A stretch of DNA of 32,000 bases from Zygophlyctis sp. KS116. Taxonomy: Eukaryota > Fungi > Chytridiomycota. This document shows, piece by piece, positions 25,660 through 32,000 of this stretch (the first letter of the stretch is position 1; every line of letters starts with the position of its first letter). The stretch spans positions 23,386-55,385 of the forward strand of contig BAAFSQ010000044.1 of NCBI GenBank assembly GCA_054661495.1, written 5' to 3'. The notes under the pieces are model-generated. The model was not told the origin of the DNA. It made no database searches and saw only the letters and a list, made by a program, of their open reading frames with translations. The position numbers and the translations under genes are program-made.

Positions 25660-26012
25660 CTCTCTTGATTTGCATGATCATTTTCATTTTCATTTGATTC
25701 CTGAATTTCATTTGATTCTCTGTATTTTTCCAGGTATATTTTACATGCATCTCCATAAAAGTCAAAGCCTAATTTATACATTGCATGAACAATATCTGAA
25801 CCGGTGACCGTTTTTTTATTTTTTGCTATGCAATCATCTACAGCTGAAACCTTAGTCTATAAAATACCTTGTGACGTTAAAAATGAAATAAATTCCGTTG
25901 CGCATTCTTGTATTGAAACTTTAGACTCTTGCGACACTTTGGAGTTTTCTGGGATGACTGATTTAGAGATTTTTGAAACGCTTGCAATCGGTAAAAGTCT
26001 TTCCTTTTCCAT
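25656..26012 (-). CDS. Divergent NF-YB/Hap3-like histone-fold protein (absent from ORF track)
   Basis: ATG 26012, intron 25844-25867: MEKERLLPIASVSKISKSVIPENSKVSQESKVSIQECATEFISFLTSQAVDDCIAKNKKTVTGSDIVHAMYKLGFDFYGDACKIYLEKYRE...*; collinear with the NF-YB core (LPIAN, QECVSEFISF, RKTI, LGF). Confidence 0.88.
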
Positions 26013-26240
26013 ATTTTCGATTTGACCAAGAATTGTTGTCTAAATTGAGCGCCTCAAACTTGGTCATGGCCCAGGTTTTCCCAAGAAAAAAATAAAATTT
26101 TGTAAGTCACAATTCTGATCAATCGCTTTAATGATGATCAACTTGGTAAACCGAAAATTCCCAAATTCTTGAAATTCTTGAATTTGTTGGTAGTTTTGTG
26201 TAGAGTTACAAGGCGAATCTGAATCTCTTTTTATTTTCTA

Positions 26241-26274
26241 ATTTTTAGATTTTTTTAGATTTTTTTAGATTTTT
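26241..26274. repeat. Short tandem repeat (TTTTTTAGAT)x3
   Basis: atttttagat ttttttagat ttttttagat tttt; a similar ttttttagctttttttagatt occurs near 28664-28684. Confidence 0.8.
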
Positions 26275-26575
26275 CTTTCAAAGAGGTAAATTAATTTCTT
26301 AAACTTGTGATTATATGATGAACACCTCATGCTTGATTACGATGATTGCATAATCTCTAAGAAGTTCTGATAATCTTTTAAATTTGCTAATATTTTAGAG
26401 TTTTTTCCAGTTTTAGAGTTTTAGACTAGTGTAGACTTTGAAATGATGAATCTAAACTTTATATCTGTCAATCCTCTGACACATAAAGAAGAAATTTTAT
26501 ACTAAAGATCTGATCAAAGTTATGTTTTAATAGATTATATTTTAACTTGACTACTTATTTTAAAAGGTTTACGAT

Positions 26576-26805
26576 AACAATCGGACATTAGAGTAGATTG
26601 GTTGCCCTTCAACATAACCAGATACAAATGAGGGAATTTTCTTTCCAAATTCCAGATTATCTGGCGTACCAAAATATTTTGGTTTGATGATAGTCTTTCT
26701 TGGTGTTCCCTTCATTTGAGTTGATTCTTCAAGAGTGACTGCTTTCATAGATTCCTCCAAAGTGACTCAACAATGGCGTTCAGAAATGTTGTTCCCATTG
26801 GCTGA
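26576..26805 (-). pseudogene. Inverted, deleted fragment of the 27345..28610 nuclease-like gene
   Basis: The reverse complement aligns to 28226-28514 with scattered substitutions and two deletions (19 nt = 28263-28281, frameshifting; 39 nt = 28392-28430). Confidence 0.92.
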
Positions 26806-27344
26806 CCATGGACCATATTTTAAAAGAAGATCCACTATGAATGGTAATTTATCAGTGCTTTCTTGAGACACAGGAGAAATAGGATATTTTGAGATTGTCC
26901 CAATCATTCTGTATTGACCGCATTGGATGCATCTGAAATAGGAGAATCATGTAAACAAACTCTGCAGTGGCGGCATTTGCAGAATTTTAAGCTTTCTTTA
27001 CGTCTGCAAAAACAGACTTTTAGCTCTGAAACCCATAAAGATCTCTTTTACATTAATAATGATCGTTCTAGTTGCTTAATTTTGCCATGATATAGAAACA
27101 GCCACAAGTCTGTTTTTGAAGACTTGTAGATGCTAAAAATAGAACTCATATTGACTCTTGCATATTCATCAACCCCGATAAGATTGCTTTTCGTAAGAAT
27201 TATAAAAATTCTTACGAAAAGACTGATAACAACTAGATTCCATTCATAATTGTAAACATCAATTGCCAACCGACTTGTAAGTTTGACAAAAATATGTGAA
27301 GTCGGATTTTAAGTGACTTTGAACATTTTTTTTCCAAACTGTTA

Positions 27345-28610
27345 ATGGCAGAAATTACACCTTTGCTAGCAGACTCTCATATTATCAGAACATATCCAAA
27401 AGACTATGCTCAGTCAGATACAGAATCGGAAGGAGAAGCTCGGTTTGAAGTGGACGCTGAGGATGAAGAGCAGAACTCCATTTCTACAAGACTCCAGCAA
27501 AACCAGCAGTATATGGACCAGCAAATCACCCCACCTTCTGGAGAGAACTCTGCTTGGATATTAGAAACTCAAGCCTGGGAAGCAGCTGAAGGATCTGATG
27601 TTGTTTTGATCAGGAAACCAACAGCTTCAAACTTATCACACAGACTGCTCAATCCATTCATATATAGAAATATTCAAACTGCTGGTACTCTAGATGACCT
27701 TGCTATTCTTTTGGATACCCCAGACGATTGGGAATTGCGCTACAATCAAGTTGTGGCCGATGGTTATATCATTGACCAAATGAATGACTTTCGCAATCTT
27801 CCTGATGATACTCTGGAAAGTGATATTCAATCTGAATTTATCAATCTCGTTGGTGTTATTGCCAGAAGTCTCCGTGTTCGTATTCGTTCAAAATCAGAAA
27901 CCAAAATTATTGTGGGTGGAATCCTAGCAAGATATCAGTATGATCTTCGCAGCAAGACAGATCCTCATTTTCTCAACACTTATGGACTGAATATGATTGC
28001 ATCAGAAGCCAAGACTCATCGTACGTTTGCTCCTGGTGAAATGTGGTATCATTGCTCAAGGGGAATCCAAGTGCTATCTGCTCTCTACGCATTCAATTGT
28101 CCCACCTTCCTATTCACCCAGCGACAATGGAAACTATTTGTTGAAACCCATGATCGTAATGCTATTTTGACATTTCCTTACAATGACAACCATGAACATA
28201 CACCGCACGTTAATTCCAGCCTGGTTCAGCCAATGGGAACAACATTTCTGAAAGCCATTGTTATTTGCTTGTTATCACGACGAGTCAATTTGGAGGAATC
28301 TATGAAAGCAGTCACTCTTGAAGAATCAACTCAAAGCAAGGAAACACCAAGAAAGACTATCATCAAACCAAAATATTTTGATACGCCAGATGAGCCCAAA
28401 AGACAATCTGCTCGTTTACAAAAAGCTTCTAATCTGGAATTTGGAAAGAAAATTCCCTCATTTGTATCTGGTTATGTTGAAGGGCAGCCAATCTATACTA
28501 TTGTACGAGTTGTTCCGGAAGAAATTGTTGCAGGAATTGAAGATGAAATTAGTATACAAGAAAAGAAGGATTATCAAAAGCAAACTACTGAGATGACTTT
28601 ATTTGAATAA
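27345..28610 (+). CDS. Intronless PD-(D/E)xK restriction-endonuclease-fold-like protein
   Basis: 421-aa ORF with acidic disordered N-terminus; helix E (LESDIQ), strand D (RSKTDPHF), ExK (IASEAKT), downstream Q helix (RGIQVLSAL) in the expected order; basic NLS-like C-terminal patch (PKRQSARLQK). Confidence 0.6.
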   Translation: MAEITPLLADSHIIRTYPKDYAQSDTESEGEARFEVDAEDEEQNSISTRLQQNQQYMDQQITPPSGENSAWILETQAWEAAEGSDVVLIRKPTASNLSHRLLNPFIYRNIQTAGTLDDLAILLDTPDDWELRYNQVVADGYIIDQMNDFRNLPDDTLESDIQSEFINLVGVIARSLRVRIRSKSETKIIVGGILARYQYDLRSKTDPHFLNTYGLNMIASEAKTHRTFAPGEMWYHCSRGIQVLSALYAFNCPTFLFTQRQWKLFVETHDRNAILTFPYNDNHEHTPHVNSSLVQPMGTTFLKAIVICLLSRRVNLEESMKAVTLEESTQSKETPRKTIIKPKYFDTPDEPKRQSARLQKASNLEFGKKIPSFVSGYVEGQPIYTIVRVVPEEIVAGIEDEISIQEKKDYQKQTTEMTLFE

Positions 28611-28823
28611 ACTAAAATAAAAATTGTTGACTTTTACACCAATTCATTCAAGTCCATGAGAACTTTTTTAGCTTTTTTTAGATTCTTGCCGGTTCCCAGA
28701 ATATACTGATTACTCTCATACAAGATGACTCCTACTCCAAAGTGGTTTTCAACGTTTTGGGCTTGATGGAGATAATCCTGGTTTGTACTGCATCAATCAA
28801 ATTTTCATTGCCCAAAAGACATA

Positions 28824-30047
28824 ATGTTTTATCTGTCCATCATATTATACTTGTCAATGCATAGTTGGATTGTAAGAGCATCAGTTGTTCAAGATTGTTA
28901 TCATGTTTTCAAGTTGTGGGAGAAGATGCATGGGGAGCCGCATGGGTTAGAAAACTGTTGTGAGATGGAGGGTGTAGTGTGTCAAGACAATTCTGTAGTG
29001 GCTTTAGAATGGGGATCAAGGGGATTAAGTGGTGAAATATCTGGATCTGAAATTGGGAATTTAAAAAATCTTGTTGCGCTGTAAGACTTTAAGAATAATT
29101 CATAGAGATCTTGGTAATAATTTTCTATCTGGAAGTATTCCTTTACATATTGGGAATTGTGTTGGGCTAACATATCTGTAAGTTGTTCTAGTCTGATTCA
29201 TAGATCTCTAGGAAAAAATCGTCTCAGTGGTAATATTCCAGCGACTATTAAGGATTTGAGAAATCTAGAATTTTTGTAAGTTTAAGATCAAGTAATTTAA
29301 AGGGATCTTCATTCAAATGACTTGAGTGGACCTGTTCCTAATTTTAAACAACTGAATGCTTTGGAACTTGTGTAAATTCAAAAAGTTTTAATTATTAGTG
29401 ATTTTAGTAATAATCCCTCATTAGTAGCTCCTGCAGAAATTTCAAATTTGAAAAAAGTATCAGAAATGTAAGTTTGATCATTTCTAATCTTAAGCCTTTT
29501 TCCTGAACTTAGTACACAAAAATTAGGAGAGCAGAAATTACAGGAAATATTTCGACTGCTTTTACCAGAAAAGTATAATGTGATTTCTATCAAGGAGACA
29601 AATGGTCGTTTTACAGTTTCTTTTGGGGAAAATTCGCCGCAATTTCAGGCTACTTTGGAACAAGACACACTGAAAGAGATCTCTAAATTAAGATTATTTA
29701 GAGAAGCATCTCATAGACATTCAAAATATAAATTGGTACATTCTTTAGGTGTTTCGCAAAACGCACCGGTTCAACAACTTCGCAACTTGTATTATTTAAT
29801 TTTAGACTTAATTAAAAGGTTAATGCCGTTAAAAACTTTAGATGAAAAGATTTGGATTTTACCTTTATCAGAAAGATTTGAAGAATATGTAACAAAGTAT
29901 TGTCAAAGAACGCAGAAAGATCTTGAAGTACTTACAAAAGCATTCAACTTTCTAAGATTAAAAGGTGGGCAGATGACAAGTGTCGATCATGTTAATAGGC
30001 TGATTGAATTAGAGTCGGAGATTGCTCACTTTAATGCAAATTTATAA
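28824..30047 (+). CDS. Secreted plant-type LRR protein (N-cap + about 5 LRRs + unknown C-terminal domain)
   Basis: Signal peptide, cap NCCEMEGVVC, repeats LxxNxLSGxIP. Introns 29081-29105, 29178-29203, 29276-29302, 29372-29398, 29468-29494 splice in frame to ORF 29580..30047. Confidence 0.88.
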
Positions 30048-30062
30048 ATGCATCTAGACTCC

Positions 30063-30911
30063 TTAGAGAATTTCCCACTGATCTTCAAAATCATTATAAT
30101 CATCAAAATCATCTAAAGAATACTTTGAAGAGTTATAATACATAAATCTAGTCAGCCTTAAAACCTCTGAATATTCTATGCAACTCTTAAAATCCTCTAG
30201 AGGTTGTTCTTGTATTAACAAGCACATGAGATAATTTGTATCAATCATCTGCTTTTTATCCACACACCTTTTGCATAATATCAATAAATTATAATTTAGA
30301 GAAGCTAAAACTTGTATAAACTTGTCATCTCTAGATTGTAACATGTCTAAAACATTTGAAAAATCCAAATTAATCGGTAAAAATTCCTCTAAATACCAAG
30401 ATAATAAAATGACTAGATGAATAATGCATGTAAAATTGTGATTATAGAGTTCTATGGGCATACTTGTATCATATGGGTTAAAGTATAGATTATTAATGAG
30501 CAATTTGCAACTTGAATTCGAAAAAATTTGAATTTTAATATTGAAAATTGATAATAATTCTCTTTTCAGAATATTCTGAGCTTTAGAGAGTTTTCCCTTG
30601 ATAATATCAGTTTCCTTTTTCAACAATTGTATTTCAATCGGTTCCTGTGATTCTAAAATTATTTTCTTGCAGATTCTTTTTGAAGGAAATTTTAGTTTCA
30701 GTTTTTGAATTTGCGATTTTAAAATTGAAATTTCTTTCAAATCCACCGCTTTTGAAGGAAATTTAAATATTTTAGACTTTAATCCTTCCTTTTTAGAATA
30801 AATTTCACGTTCCAGAAATTGAATTTTAGACTGAAACTCTGATATTTTCTTGTCCATGCAGCTCTGGCATTGAAAACTTGAATTTTCTAAAAAACAAAAA
30901 TCGCAAAACAT
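30063..30911 (-). CDS. Atg14/UVRAG (Vps38)-family PI3K complex subunit
   Basis: N-terminal CxxC...CxxC (CDFC...CQSC), coiled coil, then IIHLVILLSWYL...LP and F...LASLNYNLLILC. Confidence 0.72.
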   Translation of the reverse strand: MFCDFCFLENSSFQCQSCMDKKISEFQSKIQFLEREIYSKKEGLKSKIFKFPSKAVDLKEISILKSQIQKLKLKFPSKRICKKIILESQEPIEIQLLKKETDIIKGKLSKAQNILKRELLSIFNIKIQIFSNSSCKLLINNLYFNPYDTSMPIELYNHNFTCIIHLVILLSWYLEEFLPINLDFSNVLDMLQSRDDKFIQVLASLNYNLLILCKRCVDKKQMIDTNYLMCLLIQEQPLEDFKSCIEYSEVLRLTRFMYYNSSKYSLDDFDDYNDFEDQWEIL

Positions 30912-30931
30912 GACAAACGCGCAAATTTGCA

Positions 30932-30967
30932 GCCCTCAAACCCTCTTAGAACCCTCTCAGAACCCTT
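30932..30967. promoter_or_regulatory. Four CCCT(C)/AACCCT boxes in the 57-bp spacer upstream of the Atg14-like gene
   Basis: gccctca aaccctct tagaaccctct cagaacccttg; the last three boxes are 11 bp apart. Confidence 0.4.
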
Positions 30968-30968
30968 G

Positions 30969-31760
30969 TTAAACTTTACTCTCAACCCGTTCGTCCCCAC
31001 TATCTACACTATCTACACGATTCCCGACTACTTCATCAGAGTCATAATCACCATTGCATTCACTATTCAGAGAATTAGAATTTACAACAATTGTTTTACG
31101 TCGTGAATACCAGATCACAAACTCTGCAACCAATAAATTAGGAAAATAGAAAAACCAGGATGCTGTTATCAGATAGTTTGATACCCAAGATTCATATTCT
31201 TGAATTGTAGAGAACTTGTTGGGTTTAGATAGATAAACTGGAATTACTAAAATTCTGTAAATCATTGATCCAATTCCTAATGAATAGAGTCTAATGGCCC
31301 ATTCAAAATGGAGTGTAATGTTTTTACCTGCATTAATCCATGTTTTGATTCCGCAAAAAAGCATTAAAAGTCCATAAATTGCAAAACTTGTGTCCATCTG
31401 GATTCCTCCAGCAGTTTTTATATGAAATATAAATAGAAAACCTCCAATGCATGTTAACAGTACTGAAAAAAGGTATATTTTCCCTGATAATTTATGTAGC
31501 TTTCTGATTTTTACATTTTCTGCTATAGATCCAGATTTAGATAATAACTGAAAAGAGCCTAAAATATTGATGATAAATCCCCCAATCCAATGTATACACA
31601 TGTAAAACGATCCAAATTTGGATTTTGAGAAATCAGAAAATCCTGTCCAACTTGTCCAGTCTTTTGAAAAGTATTCAAGGATTATATAGATGTTGAATAA
31701 TAAACTTAATAACAGAATTAGTATAACTACTGCGACTCCATATCTTTCAATAATTTTCAT
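30969..31760 (-). CDS. DUF2306-like membrane protein
   Basis: Intronless, about 6 TMs, with HxxGG...GxxQL, RKLHKLSGKIY, AGG, HxEWxxRxY.L..GS..YR motifs. Confidence 0.78.
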   Translation of the reverse strand: MKIIERYGVAVVILILLLSLLFNIYIILEYFSKDWTSWTGFSDFSKSKFGSFYMCIHWIGGFIINILGSFQLLSKSGSIAENVKIRKLHKLSGKIYLFSVLLTCIGGFLFIFHIKTAGGIQMDTSFAIYGLLMLFCGIKTWINAGKNITLHFEWAIRLYSLGIGSMIYRILVIPVYLSKPNKFSTIQEYESWVSNYLITASWFFYFPNLLVAEFVIWYSRRKTIVVNSNSLNSECNGDYDSDEVVGNRVDSVDSGDERVESKV

Positions 31761-31878
31761 GTTTTTTTTTATCTTTATTAGGCAATTACAATATCTAAAA
31801 ATCTACTTAGTAAATGTATATTCCAGGAAAACTTTGATTGAGATATAATAATCCAATGACAAAAATTCTGAAAACATT

Positions 31879-32000
31879 TTAAGTGACTTTTTTATTATGA
31901 TCTGGATTTTGGTGATCTCGTTGTCTCTTACAATTTGAAGATCTTGATGATTTACGTGAGTTTGAATTTTGATCTTGGGAAGGAGTATTGAGTCTGCTTC
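31879..32000 (-). CDS. Probable 3' end of a gene running off the window (frame ambiguous)
   Basis: Two minus-strand frames are open from the edge; the hydrophilic one reads SRLNTPSQDQNSNSRKSSRSS...NKKVT*. Confidence 0.3.
   Translation of the reverse strand, partial: SRLNTPSQDQNSNSRKSSRSSNCKRQRDHQNPDHNKKVT

Noticed and set aside
27306-31890. Exact 15-mer ATTTTAAGTGACTTT at 27306 and 31876 as an element boundary or TSD
   Set aside because: A match of this length is expected by chance in 32 kb of AT-rich DNA, and it would enclose a housekeeping-type gene.

Overview
AT-rich, extremely gene-dense eukaryotic DNA, most consistent with a flagellated early-diverging (chytrid-like) fungus: it has fungal-type ERG11/ERG13/SIN3/MED13 together with ciliary genes (TMEM237-like, C20orf85/CIMIP1-like). 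Most genes are split by ultra-short GT-AG introns (about 23-29 nt), so the ORF track is fragmented and misses whole genes (riboflavin kinase, an NF-YB paralogue). Manual splicing gives about 20 complete genes plus partial ones at both edges: Aph-1-like gamma-secretase subunit, secreted violaxanthin de-epoxidase-like protein, BPI/TULIP-like secreted protein, UFD2, endonuclease III, BCAT, CIMIP1-like, CYP51 head-to-head with HMG-CoA synthase, TMEM237-like, MED13, SIN3, riboflavin kinase overlapping a TPR gene, a low-complexity protein, a mitochondrial CDF transporter, a histidine acid phosphatase, a divergent NF-YB, an accessory island (intronless PD-(D/E)xK nuclease-like ORF, an inverted decayed copy of it, and a secreted LRR gene with one LRR per exon), ATG14/UVRAG-like and DUF2306. 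All family calls come from motif recognition by eye; no searches were run.
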